DNA from: Cycas panzhihuaensis
Taxonomy: Eukaryota; Plantae; Cycadophyta
DNA: 64,000 nt
Reading direction: 5' to 3'
Assembly: GCA_023213395.1 (NCBI GenBank)
Contig: CM041465.1
Location: forward strand, 204,173,741 to 204,237,740
The notes beneath the pieces were generated by a model. It made no database searches. It was given only the letters and a program-made list of their open reading frames with translations, and was not told where the DNA came from. A program made the position numbers and the translations under genes. Positions within the stretch are counted from its first letter, which is position 1. The number at the start of each line of letters is the position of its first letter. Shown piece after piece: positions 50,238 through 63,800 of the stretch.

Positions 50238-51699
50238 TGATGAAATAAAAGAATCCTAAAAACCCTTACTAAGAGGCAATTTATTATACAGACATAAATA
50301 CTTTTTATCACATATAGGGATAATGTTTCTTGTAAGAGCAAGTTTTATTCCTATCTTATAGGATAAATTTTGGCTTTAGATATTAGCATAGATTGGGTGA
50401 ATGAAGCCCCCTTCCCAAGAAATTATGATTTGATTAAAAACTATTAATTTGTAAAGCAAATAAAAGCCTAAATAGAGATTAAGTTGGGTAAAGAGCATAA
50501 AATTAAAGACATCAAAGATTTATCAAGAAAGGGTTTAGTATATAAATTTTAATTTATGGCCTAATTTAAATGCAATTAAATCTTAGAGTAATTCAAATTG
50601 GCTTCATTTAGTCTATGGAGAACTAGAAAGACTATTTATATCAAGAGGTTTTTTTGTGGTTCTGTTCAAAAATCTTGAGGATAGAGAGAATATTTTTAAA
50701 TCTAAGCCATGATTTATGGTTTATAACACAATATACATAAGAAATTGGGTTGTTTCCTTTGACCCAACTAAACAAATATTTAATACAATCCTAGTTAGGA
50801 TCAAATCATTATGCTTTCGTCTTTTATTTTGAAAAGAAGATAGTTTCAAATACATAGGAAATAAATTAGGTTCTTACATTAAGATAGTCAAAATAACACC
50901 AAAATAAACTTGTATTCTTTACTAAAATTTGTGTAGAAGTTTATATAATAGATAAACTTACAAAATCAATTATTTTATCCCTTTGAGGGTAAAAATAGAA
51001 ATTGTTTCTTTAATTTTAGGCCTTCCCTCTAAATCTAGGAATCCCAAGTATAATTTCACTTTCATTAGTTTGATATGTATTTGTTACTTATCATTTACCT
51101 AACATTGCATTTGATTGCCCATATTTATTTATTATTTTATCTTTTACTACATCATTATTGATCATTTTCTTAGTTTTCTTATACATATTACACATCTCCA
51201 TCGCTAAGGATGGAAAATAGATTTGGTTTTTGTAACACCCATTTCGTTATGGGGGTATAGCTTTATAGGTTGAGTCATATGATAACCACTAATCTCTATT
51301 TGTTTTACATATATTGTTATTATTTTTCACACTTTACTATTGTTTCTCTCTCTCTCTTGGCTCCTATGAGTGCCTATTTTGATTTGACACAAGCTTGTCC
51401 TCTTTTCAGTAATGCATCTTAGTCAACATAAATGTTTTTTATGGTTTCTCAATCATAGTTATCTTATTTTTTATTTTTTACCTTCATATTGAATGAAATT
51501 ATTGGTCATACATATAACATTATGTGGATATGCCCAACTACATATGAATCAAGTGGTCATGGGTTGGAAATAAATAATGTATAAGGAAGTTATGTCCTTT
51601 TTATAATTCTATCTTCTCCCATTGCTTTAGACCTGTGGCACTCAAGGCCAATTACATAATATCCTTAAAAAATAGTATATTTAATATTCATTAGTCTAA
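50238..51699 (+). repeat. Unclassified ancient AT-rich repeat, copy Y (continues 47636-47751 and 57183-57750)
   Basis: By-eye alignment to 35095-36723; interrupted by the non-autonomous LTR element and LINE-b. Confidence 0.72.
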
Positions 51700-52860
51700 C
51701 ATACTCCTAAGGGTGCCTTGGATACTTGGTAAAAAGGCCTTAACTCTTGGAAAATGGCATAGGGATTTCAATCCTTCTGTTCCCAAAATCAGGCAAGCAC
51801 CCAGATGGATTCAACTACCAGATCTCCCTTTACATCATTGGAACCCCGAAGTGCTAAAAGGAATCGCAAAAGCCGTGGGACCTCTTTTAGCAGTAGACTC
51901 GGCGACCAAGAATAGAAGTAGACTTATAAACGCTAGGTTCTGTGCCCTGGTTAGGATCGATAAACCTCTTTTAGATGACTTATGGATAGACACGGTGGAT
52001 GGGTGTTAGGCACAACCATTGGTATATGAAATGGAGCATTTCAGATGCTCATCTTGCAGAAACCTAGGCCACTTACCCCAGAAATGTCTAGGTGTAAAGA
52101 ACCTAATGGAAGGGAAGCAAGAGGTCACTAACGAGCTAAAAACTCAAGAGGTGACATAGCCCATAGATATAAGGATGGAAGGGCAAACACAAGAGATTCA
52201 AGGGAACACTTTGGCCCCTAAAGTTACAAAGGACCGAGATGGGCCCACTATAGAACTGTAAAGTATCCCACCCTTGCATCTTAGCTTTGATCCTAATGAG
52301 GAGGACACTCTCTCAGAGGAAGGGGAGCAGGTAGCTTGAGATTTTGAGGTCCCGGCCTGCCAGGAAGGGGCTGGTGGCCTTGGGGCTCTCTCTTCAGTCG
52401 GGCATGGGTCGTCGACTCCATATACGACTGAGTCCCACACAGTGGCCTTGGACGTGGCCATTGAGAAGTAGGTGGGTAAGCCCCCTTGAATGAGGAGAAC
52501 TCTCTCTCAGGTGCAGGGGTGCAGGTTTCTCAGGAATCAGAGGCTCCGGTGCACCCGGAAGGGGTTGGAGGCCTAGGGGTTTTCACTCCAGTTAGACCTA
52601 GGTCATCGGCCCAATATGCCCTAGCACATATGGTAGAGCCCCAGAAGAAGACACTGGACGTGGGCACCAGGAAGCGGGTGGGCAGTCCCCCCCTGAAACT
52701 ACTTAGAGAAAGAGAGGTAGTTGCCGAGGTAGATCAAGGTAGCCAGAAAACTCTAAATGATGCCTTTCTTGAAGGGCCTATTCTCAGATCTAGAACAAAA
52801 GGAAGAGACCCACCGAAAGGTGAAACTATAGAAGTCTGGAAGCAAAGAAGAAAGAGATGA
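51700..52860 (+). pseudogene. LINE-b ORF1 remnant (DUF4283-type region and zinc knuckle)
   Basis: PWILGKKALTLGKW..WIQLPDLPLHHW..ARFCALV; CSSCRNLGHLPQKC. Confidence 0.9.
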
Positions 52861-55800
52861 AAATAATATCGTGGAACGTTACAGGACTTAATGCCCCCTC
52901 AAAATAGAGAATTGTTAGGGATATGAGGGACAGACACCACCCAAATTTAATGTTTTTATAGGAAACAAAGCTAAGTGAGGAGAATGGTCCAAGGATCAAA
53001 AATAAAATATAGAGGAAAGCGGAGGGCATAGATGTAGGCTATACCCAAGGAGCTGGGGGTCTAATGGTGCTATGGGATTCGAATGTTTGGTCCGGAGAAA
53101 TTTATTTAGCAGAGGAATCCTTTGTCTCTCTGTAGCTAAGGCACATAAGTAACAATCTTAGATGGCTAGCCACTAATGTCTATGTCCCAAACCTTCAAAA
53201 GGCTAGGAATAGGGTATGGGACAGAATATTGGAAGTCCACAGGGACTGCGGAGCCCCTTAGCTTTTGGCAGGATAATTTAATTCGATATTATGCCCAGGT
53301 GATAAAAGATGGGGTACAGATGGTTGGACCAGTACTATGAATGAGTTTTGGGACTTCCTGCAACATGGGGGTTTTGAGGACGTGAAGCTTAGGGGGGCAT
53401 CATACACTTGGTCCAATAAGCGTCTTGGGGATTGTCTAATCCAAATCAGACTAAACAGGATGTTGGTCAATTATGACTGGCTAAGATGCTTTAAGGACTT
53501 TACACTGGAGGCTCTGCCGAGAATAAGCTCTGATCACTCTCCACTTCTGTTCCAATTTTTGGATTTGGGAAAATATAATGGGTCTCCTTTCAGGTTTAAA
53601 ATGATGTGGCTTAGACACCCTGACTTCCGTAATAAGATTGAGGAATTGTGGGGTGTTCAAATACGTGGCCATGCCATGTATAGATTCTCAAAGAAATTAG
53701 ACTAGGTAAAAAGGCAAGTAAAAGTATGGAATAAGGAAGTTTTTCAAAACATCCAGGTACTTAAGGATAAAACCATCATGGACCTGAAAGAGATGGAGGA
53801 TAGGATACAGCGGGAGGGCAAATCCATAGATCTCAACAAGACTGAGGAGGAATTGTTCGGAAGCTTGGAGGAGATCCTCATTAGAGAGGAAATACAATGG
53901 AGGCAAAAATCCAGGGCATTATGGTTGGCCGAAGCTAATAGAAACATTAAATTCTTCCACATGATTACTGCAAAGCATAGAGCGAGCAACATAATAACTA
54001 ACCTTCAAAGAGAAGACGGCTCCATAGTAAACTCCACAGAAGACATGAAGGAACTTGCTAGAGATTACTTTAAGGATTTATTTACAAAGTCGTAGGATGG
54101 TGATAAGGATAGAAGGAAGGACTTCTTAAATAATATTCCCAGATTGGTGAACGATTCTCAAAATGCAAGGTTGACAGCTGCTTTTACACAGGATGAGGTT
54201 AGAAAGGCTCTCTTTGATATGAAGAGAGACAAAGCTCCGGGCCTCGAAGGATTTCCTCTGAGTTTCTTTCAGGAGTTTTAGGATATCATAAAGAGTGACC
54301 TCATGGAGGCTCTGCAAGAATTCTATGTAAATCATAAGATTCTTCAGGAATGGCAGGCTATATTCCTTATTCTTATCCCTAAAAAAGAAGGGGTAAAGAG
54401 AATGGAGGAGTACCGACCCATTAGTCTCTGCAATATTAAATATAAGATTCTAACCAAGGTTCTGGCGAATATATTATAGAAGATCATCCCGAATATTATC
54501 TCTCAGAACTAGGATGGTTTCCTTCAGGGAAGACAGATCTATGACGGCTTCATAGTGATCCATGAAACAATCCATTCGGTCAAGGAAAGGAAGGAACTGT
54601 GATGCTCATTAAGATCGACCTCACTAAGGCTTTTGATATGGTCTCTTGGGATTGCCTCTTAGAATGTCTAGAGGCGTTTGGCTTTGGGGATTTATGGCGG
54701 ACTTGGATCAAGCTCTACATAGGTAGCCCACAGTACTCAATTATTATTAATGGATCCTCTTCTAGGTTTTTCCCAGGTTTTAGGGGTTTGAGACAAGGCG
54801 ATCCTCTCTCCCCCTTTCTGTACATAACTATGGCTAAAATGTTGGGCAGAACTATGGAGGCTGCCAGAAGAGAAAGGATTATTAAAGGTATAAAACCAAC
54901 AACAGGGGTGGATAACGTTGTCCACCATCAGTTCGTCGATGATAATATCTTCTTAGGGAAGGTAGCCATTAAAGAGGCATATAAATTTAAGGAGATCTTG
55001 GGACATTTTGAGAGGGCTACGAATCAAAAGATTAGCTTGAACAAAAGTAACGTCTACTTTATAAACACCTCGGGAGGTACCCAGGGTAGGATAAGCAGGA
55101 TCTTAGAGATGGGCATTAAGAAGCTTCCCACAACTTATCTTGGTTTGTCCCTCTTCGATAGTAAAATGTCCAAGGAAATGTGGAACCCCCTTATCGATAG
55201 GACACAAAGGAAACTGGATGGTTGGAAGGAAGGTCTTCTAAGTCTAATGGGGAAGCTACAATTTGTGGCTTCTATGCTTCAGAGTATTCCAGTATACTGG
55301 ATGACTATTTTCAGACTGCCACCTGGAATCTCGTCTATTATAGAAACCATCTAGAAGAGATTCCTATGGTTTGGGACATAGGACAAAGATAGGATACACT
55401 TGATGAGCTGGAATAAAGTCTGTACTCCAAAATGGGCCGGTGGCCTTAATTTGAGAAGGATTCCAGCTTTTAATCTTGCTCTCAAGGCTAAATTGGGTTG
55501 CCATCTTGTCAAAGGAGGAGAAAGACTGTGGGAGAATATTCTCAAACAGAAATATCTTTAAGATGGCTCTCTTATTGAAAACCATCCTTCCCCGATCGGC
55601 TCAACCATATGGAGAAGCATCCTTAAAGCATGGAATGCTGTCAGAGAAGGGCTAAAATAGAGATTGAGAGACATAAACACCATTAAGTTCTGGGAAGATG
55701 CGTGGTGCTGCGACAAGGCCTTAAAGCTACTCCTTGATCTAGTCCCTATCCAAGACCCCTGTGTGAGGATATATGGTTCCTTAGTGAAAGATTATTGGAC

Positions 55801-57009
55801 GGGGACAGGGAGAGAAAGAAGCTGGAGAAACTTTGAGGAATTTTAGAGGGAACAACTTCTTCAGGATGGCCTCTCCAAAATCAAAAGGATTCTGGGTAAA
55901 AGTTATATTCCTAAGATGACCTCCCCGGACACTGTCGTATGGCCCTTAAACCCATCTGGGGAGTATGCTGCCAAATAGGGTTACCACTTCTTATGCTTGG
56001 TAAGAGGAGACTAAAACAATGAATTATTAGAAGGCGTATGGAAGCTCTCACTTATCCCTAAGATTGCAGTTTTTTGGTGGATCTGTTTAAGGAATAAAAT
56101 TCTTACTTTGGATAACCTAAAAAAGAGAGGTTTCCATATGACTAATAGATGTATTCTATGCTGCAAAGGTGAAGAATCCTTGGACCACATCCTACTTGGG
56201 TGCCCATATTTGAGGGAGGTATAGAGGATGCTATTGGACAAACTAGAGGTGTGCTGGACCTTTTTTGAAAAGGTAGTCGATCAATGGCCCGCTTGGCAAA
56301 GCTCGTTCAGAAGCAAAGTCTTAAGCTGTATTTGGAAGAGTGCATTTCCGATATTATCGTGGAACATATGGAAGAAAAGAAACAAAAGAATCTTCCAGGG
56401 GAGCCTGATGGACCAGTATGCTATAGTGGGGAGAAACATACCACCTTGACAGAAAATAGGATTCTGCTAAAGTGGGGCATAGAGCCAGTATATGAGGCCA
56501 CCAAGGTAAGATTTAGTCATTGGCTGCCTCCTGAGGGATCTTGACTAAAAATCAATTTTGACGGTGCTTCAAAAGGGAACCCCGAAGAAGTTGGGGGAGG
56601 GGGTATATATAGAGATAACCTTGGAAACCCTATATGGGCCTTCGTGGATTATTATGACCACCAAACGAACCACTTTGTGGAAATGTATGCTATGCTTAAA
56701 GCCATTGACTTAGCCCTAGTTGGAGGTTCCAGGCAATTGGTAATTGAGGGGGACTCTGAGATGGTTATAAATTCGCTGAAAGGCTCAACCCTCCCAGATT
56801 GGAGATTTCAGTCCATGATCAATGGTGTGAACTAGAGTCTTAAGGGGTTGGTAGATGTCCGCATAAAGCACACGTTAAGAGAGGGAAAGAAAGCGGCCGA
56901 CTTTTTGGTAAACTAGGGGGTTAGGCAAAAGGAAGACACCATTTGGAGGTATGATTTCCATGAGGATCTCATGGTTCTGGTTGAGAAGGATAGGGTTCGA
57001 GATAGCTAG
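52857..57009 (+). pseudogene. LINE-b ORF2 remnant (APE, RT, zf-RVT, RNase H)
   Basis: MKIISWNVTGLN; SDHSP; KIDLTKAFD; GLRQGDPLSP; FVDD; KINFDGASKGNP..IEGDS..REGKKAAD. Confidence 0.94.
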
Positions 57010-58153
57010 CCATGGGGCTTGTCCTGGCGAAATTATTTCCTTACCTAAACTATGGGGATGTCACGGTCATCTATGACTGGGAAGCCTAAAGATTATTGAT
57101 GTACTAGGTTGTGGGACCTTGTTTCAAACCCACTTATAATTCTTTTTTACCTTATAAAAAAAAAAAATATTCATTAGTCTAAAAACCTAACTTTATAATA
57201 TATTTTGATATTCTTTTTTAACTTAATCTTCTTTATTCTTGTTATATATACTCTAATTACCTTCAATTCTTATAAATAATTCTTAATCATATATGGATAA
57301 AATGACCTCATGTTGTCACCATCCCTTACTTACTCATATTTATATAAGGTGTATTTGGATCTTATTATTGTGGAATTAAAATTAATTTGTTCAATTTAAT
57401 TTCTCTCTTATATATTTTTTTAGTTTATTTAGTTGCTTACATATTTCATTTCATTTACTTTCTATCTTCTTGCTTGCTTGATTTATTACTTTGAGGTGAT
57501 TGTGAAGCATACTCACATAGCCTTATCCTAATCTTAAGGCAACCTTCATATCCCCTTTTCATTTGATTTTGTTTAATGATTAATAGATACTTAGAAGTTT
57601 TCTCTTTTGAAGTTATTTTATAGGTAGGAGGAAGGGAAGGAATTATAAGTATAATAAAAAGGATTTATCGTTCAGTGAAAGTAGTACATCTTTAATATTA
57701 AATTTGGTAAGAGACCTTTTTGTGCCCTATTTAATTTATTTTTATCAAAATAATAGAAGTGGCATAAGTATATGTTGTGATTTAAGAACTCTTCCTAATT
57801 AAAATTCATATACATATTAATATACTTTAGCATAAGTGGCTATAAATTTGATCCTAAAATATAATAAACCAAAATGAATTATAACATAAATTTTTACATA
57901 TAATTTGTCTACGTTTAAAACTGTCTTTTATTCATTTAGAATGATCCAATATGCTATGTGGAAACTAATATACTCATATATATAAGTAAGAATACTAATG
58001 GTCCAAAATCAATCTATAACCGCCTTAACATATGTCATATATCTATTAAAGGTTCAATGTAGTTCCTAAACAAGTGTCACTAAACTAGTGATGACCCTAT
58101 GACTCACCAAAGATTCTAATTGACTATGAAAGTAAGTAAACATTAATATTAGT

Positions 58154-60710
58154 ACTCCCCTTTAATGTTTACATTATTAACTTTAGTGTTGATACAAAAT
58201 TTAAATCCATTAAATTTGTCCCTAGCTAATGGTTTGGTAAAGATATTTGCTAGTTATTCTTAAGTAGGTTAAAATAGGAGCTTAACTTCTCTATTTTGGA
58301 TATGCTCTTGTACGAAATGATGATGCACCTTAATATTTTTGGTATAAGTTTAGATAACTAGATTCTTAGTAATCTTTAAATTACTTTAATTATCATAGTA
58401 TAAAGTAGTCATCTCATCTTGATAAAATCCCAAATCACAAAGGACCTGTCTTAACTAGATGGCCTTATAAGTTTCTGTAATTGCATACTTATATTAGTAG
58501 ATAATAGTACAATATTTAGTTACTAATTGCTACTCTTGGCAAAAACAACAAAATCCAAACTAAAGGAATACCCTAAAGTAGACTTGCTACAATCAATACA
58601 TCTAGTCCAATTATAATATGAATACCCTTCTAGCTAAAAATTATTATTATAGTTAAACTCTAATCTATAACATAACATACCATGAAAATATCTAAGCATC
58701 CTCTTTATAGGTTTTCAATGATTCTACTTTGGTTCTTCCATAAACCTTAATACCATACCAACTACAAAGGATATCTTGGGTATAGTTATAATCAAATAGA
58801 TCAAGTTACTAATTAGTTATTTATGCATCATGCCATCCATTTAGTCTCCACCATCTAGAGCTATCAATTTTGAACTTACCTCTATAGGAGCTAACATAGG
58901 TTTATAATCTTCTACTAAATTCTTTTAAAAAATTCCATGATAACGAGCTTATAAAATAAAGAATTTTCTAAGCTTATGCCTTCTTCTAGTCCTAAAAAAT
59001 AGTGGAGTAATCTGAGATCTATCATTTTAAATGTTTTCTTGAGATTATTCTTTAGGCCTTTAATCTTTGAGATATTATTACCTATAATCATAAGATCTTC
59101 TATATAACTATATATATAATTGAATAATTATTTTTTATTTTAATATATAAGTTTTGTTCAGTTCGTGACCTCTCAAACTCATTATCTAGAAAATATTGAT
59201 TGATCTTAGAATACCAAGTTCTTAGAGCCTACTTTATACCATATAAAGCCTTCTTCAAGAGATATAGACCTCCTCCTCAAGATCTCCATTTAGGAAAGTA
59301 CTTTTGACATCAAGTTGGTGGAAGTTCCATTTAAACTAAGTAGCTAGTGCCAATATTAGTCTGATTGTCACCATATTAGCTAGTACAGTAAATGTCTCCT
59401 AGTAATCAATGCCTTCTATCTACTTGAATCTTTTTGTTTCTAATTTTACTTTACATTTATCACCTGAGATATTAAATTAAAATTTGATCTCATAGATCTA
59501 TTTACATCCAATCACTTATCTACTTCTTGGTAAATCAACTAGGTCCCAAGTTTTATTTTATTTAAGAATATAGATTTCAATATCTATTACTACTCTTTAT
59601 TTTTACTCCTAGTGTGCCTCCTTAAAACTTAAAGGATCTTTAGCATTCAATACATTAACCATTAGAGCAAGATTAATTATATCAGTTCTCATCCTCAACT
59701 TACATTTCTCTTTAGACTCAAATAGTTTGACTTCTACTATGGTCTTTAAATACCATTTAGAGAGTTTCTTAGAAAGTAGAGCAACCTTAGGTTGTACTTT
59801 ATGTTGTGACTCTTAAGCATCTTAGTACTCCTCCTCCTCACCTTCATTTTCTTCTTCTTGCTTTTACTCAGCCTTAGGTTTAATAAGTTGATATCTCAAA
59901 GAACTAGATTCTAATTATTTCTTGATTTATTCCTTTTATCTTTCTATATCTTTAAAGTGTCCAAGTCTATATCCTATTTATTGACTTGTTTAAAGATAAT
60001 ATCCCAAGTTATATGTATCTTTTTAGTTACCAACTTATATACCCAATATACTTTACTTTCTTTATTGTACCCAATGAGGATACACTTGAAGCTTTTATCA
60101 TCAATTTTTTAGTATTTCTCCTTTAGAACATGTATATACATATCACTTCTAAAGTTTTCAAGATGGATCACTACAGGTTTTCTACTTGGCCATGCTTCTT
60201 CTAGTATCATGTTTAAAATAACCTTCATATCACTCTTATTGGTCAAATATGTTGTTATAAAAATAACTTTAACCTACAAATTTTCTAAGAGATTTGTTAC
60301 TTTTATTATTAAATTGGGTTTTTTAACTAAAGTCCTATTCACTTTGTCAATAATACCATTTTGATATAGTGTACTTATTCTCATTAATTGCTTCTTGATT
60401 TCATGGCTATTATAAAACTTCATAAAGGCATTACAGGAGTATTCTCCTCCATTATATAATCTAAGGATTTTTAATCATTAACCACTTTTACCTTGAAATC
60501 CTTAAAAATATCAAAGGTTTAGGATTTCTCCTTTATGGGATAAACCCAGATTTTCCTAAAAAACCATGAATTAATATAAAGGAATATCTTATACCTCTAA
60601 GTGAAGTAGTTTACATTGGACTATAGATGTCTAATAGACAAAGTTTAGCTTTTTCATTGCTCTTCAAGCTTTACTTTTTAGAAACTTCTCCTTACTAGCT
60701 TAAGTTTTAG
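58154..60710 (-). mobile_element. Copia-5: heavily decayed INT-RT-RH fragment related to Copia-2; its 3' LTR lies left of 58154 (left boundary unresolved)
   Basis: PPT 58155-58163; DVKSTFLNGDL motif; KWYLKT linker motif shared with Copia-2. Confidence 0.82.
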
Positions 60711-60873
60711 AAGGCCATATACCATATTTAATTTATACAATAGATGGAGATAGGGGTAGTGTAAATGATCCATTATTTAATAATATAATTAAACTTTATA
60801 TAATACATTAGTGACCCATCCTCCTTATTTACTTAGGTATTTATTGAAAGAACTACTTTGCTTAGACCTAGTC

Positions 60874-63800
60874 TATTAGGATAACATCTATCTTGGTGTA
60901 ATTCCCAAATATTTGTGTGTTAGATAATTTAATATTTATTAATGCTAAGTAGTGGTAGACTTTAAGGCGTGTGCCAACGTTTCATTTATATCTTCATGAG
61001 GTCTTTGGACCCTAATGTTAATCATCATTGCTACTCTATCATATTATAATTTATCCTTTCTTACTTTGTGTTTGTGATTATTTATATTTGTACCCTAAGA
61101 TACTAATATTTAGTATTAGAGACATTGTGCTCATCTCAGCCTCTAGAGGTCCATGAACTTGTCTTGTCTTGTCCTTCATGTTTTTTTTTCTTCATGCCAA
61201 CAAATATATTCCTTCAACTAGTATCTAATTAATGCCTTGGTGGCTCTCGGCCTAGTAACGTGCCAATCTAAGCCTGGTTGTACATGTCTTACACATAGCA
61301 ATGATGTATTAAATATAATTGTTCCTTATTTTATGTCTTAGTTGAGCATTCACCTAAGCTTTAGGAGCCTCTTCTCATCATGCATTAGCTTCATAAGAAG
61401 TCCCTGTCAGTGGATATGCTTGTATTTTGAGACATAACTATTACATTTTTATTTTTTAAATACCATTTTTTGATTTGACAGCATGGCATTTACATCCATA
61501 CAATGTGTATTTTTATTGAAATACATAGACATAATTGTCTCTAGCATATACATCTAAGAGATAAGGTTTGAATTAGAGAAGTGAAGGTAATAGGCAAGAG
61601 TATAAAGTTCAAATTTGACAAGTACTTGATAAGCATTTAGATTTGATTTAATAAGTGATTAATATTTTTAGTAAGTAGACACATCTCTCTCTACCTAATC
61701 ACATCAAGCTTTTTATAGCAAGTTGATCAATGCACACTTCCCAAGGTAATCTAATTTTTAAGATAATTTAAAAGGCTTAAAAAAAAAATTAAGGGGTATT
61801 TTGGGCTTGTAATGACCCTACTTGAATACTATGAATATCTTTTTTTTTTTCACTATATATCTTCCAATATACATATCTTATTCATTGTAGATCTCTTAAA
61901 TTGCTCACTATTTAACAAGCACTTTTTAAAACTCATTTGTAAAGATTAACATGTTTTTAAAGTAGTGTTGATCACTTAAAGAGATATAACTTGCACACTT
62001 TAAGCTATTTTTTAATGCCGTCAATTTTATTGGGTTCTTCATTTTCACTCAGTCAAAACAACTGGCTATACTCACATATTGGGCTTGCTTTTTAAAGTGC
62101 ATTTACTGTTTTAAAGTTATAAGAATTTTGCCATAACAAATTATGTATTAAAGATGATTTAGACCTTCTTGTATTGTTTAGCCCATAACTTTATCATAAA
62201 GTGTCAAATTTAGGTCTCGTTTAAGGCATAAGATTTCTAATTTAATTATCTATAAAGTAAGTAGTTATTTTAGCATATTTTATGTATCTTTTTATGTTTA
62301 AAGTTGATGTAAGCTTTTAAGGCTTCTTACGAATTAACCCTATAAACAAAACTTTACACAAACTCCTCTTTATAATATCAAATTAATATAAAAATATTTA
62401 TTTTGGAAGTGGTTAAGTCATAATTAGGACACTTGTTCATGTCCCAAAGTTGAAAAGGGACTATTTATCTTAAGCTTAAGTGATCTTTTATCCCCATTTA
62501 ATGCCTCTTACTCCATTTTATTTCAAGCACACTTACCCCTTTATCATTAAGCACCTTTACACTTTTAACTAGTTTATTTTCTTCATCATGACTTCTAGTG
62601 TCAACAATGTAATGGTGCCTAATTTTAATGGCATTAATTTTAAAAATTAGACTAGAAGAATGAATCTAACCTTTATATTCAAAGATATATGGGATTTAAT
62701 TATAAATACCTATAGTCCACTTGATCCTAATATTATTACAAATGAGAAGAATATCTTATAAGAGAATAAAAAGAAGGATAATGAGGCTTTGGCATTCATC
62801 TTCTATACTTTGGAGGACTATGTCTTCCTAAGTATAATTGAGGCAACTATACCAAAGGAGGCATAAGACTTATTAAAGACTACCTACAAAGGACATGCTA
62901 CAAGGAAACTACAAACTATGAGAAGAAGATTCAAAATCTATTACATAAATAATAATAAAGGGGCTAATAATTTCATAACCAAAATATAAGATCTAGTTAA
63001 TCAAATGATGTCCTTATGAGAAGATCTTAATGAATAAAGAGTTGTGGAAAAGATTCTAAGAAGTGTAGGTGAAATTATGAGATTTAAAATGGTAGTCTCT
63101 ATCATTGAAGTTTCTAACGACCTTACTATACTTAAGGTACATTAACTTAGTGGCATATTGTTAATTATTGAAGAAAAGAAAAATAGCAATAAGTCCTTGG
63201 AGCATACATTTGTCACTAAAATAAATATTAGGATATTTTATGAAGGGCAAAGTTCTACAAAAAGAGGTCAATCCCTAGAGGTTTAAAACAATATGGTAGG
63301 GACAAAACTATAGGAACTAAGGATAATTTCATTAAGGACAAGCTTATGGAGATCAAGGCTAATTTAATCAAGGGTAGGGATGAAGTTTTACAAATCAAAG
63401 GCAAGATTATAAACCTTAAAACTATAAAGGTAAAGGATAAAGTCTAAGAGTGAGAAACTAAGGACAAAGAGGAATAGGCCCTAGAAGAGAGGAAGAGGAA
63501 GAGGAATAACATAATGTTCTTTTTATAATATAAGTGGATACTTAGAAAATAATTACTTTTTAAAAAAGTTGAACATGCAAAACAGAGCTATAAATATAAT
63601 AATTAAAGAACCAAGAGAAAAAAAAAATATTAATTCTAATGGCTAATAAAGAAGAAGATAGCATAATGACTCAAGTTACTCTACACACATGACTTATAGG
63701 AAAGAATAGCTTAAGGAGTTGGACAATCCTCAAACAAGCAAAATAATATTTGGAGATAATACTACTCAAATAGTAATAGATAAAGGGGATGTACCTATGC

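Larger units (their letters stand above)
51700..57165 (+). mobile_element. LINE-b: L1-clade LINE, 5'-truncated within ORF1, with RNase H
   Basis: Perfect 17-bp TSD AATATTCATTAGTCTAA (51683-51699, 57166-57182); poly(A) from 57156; locally GC-richer. Confidence 0.96.
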
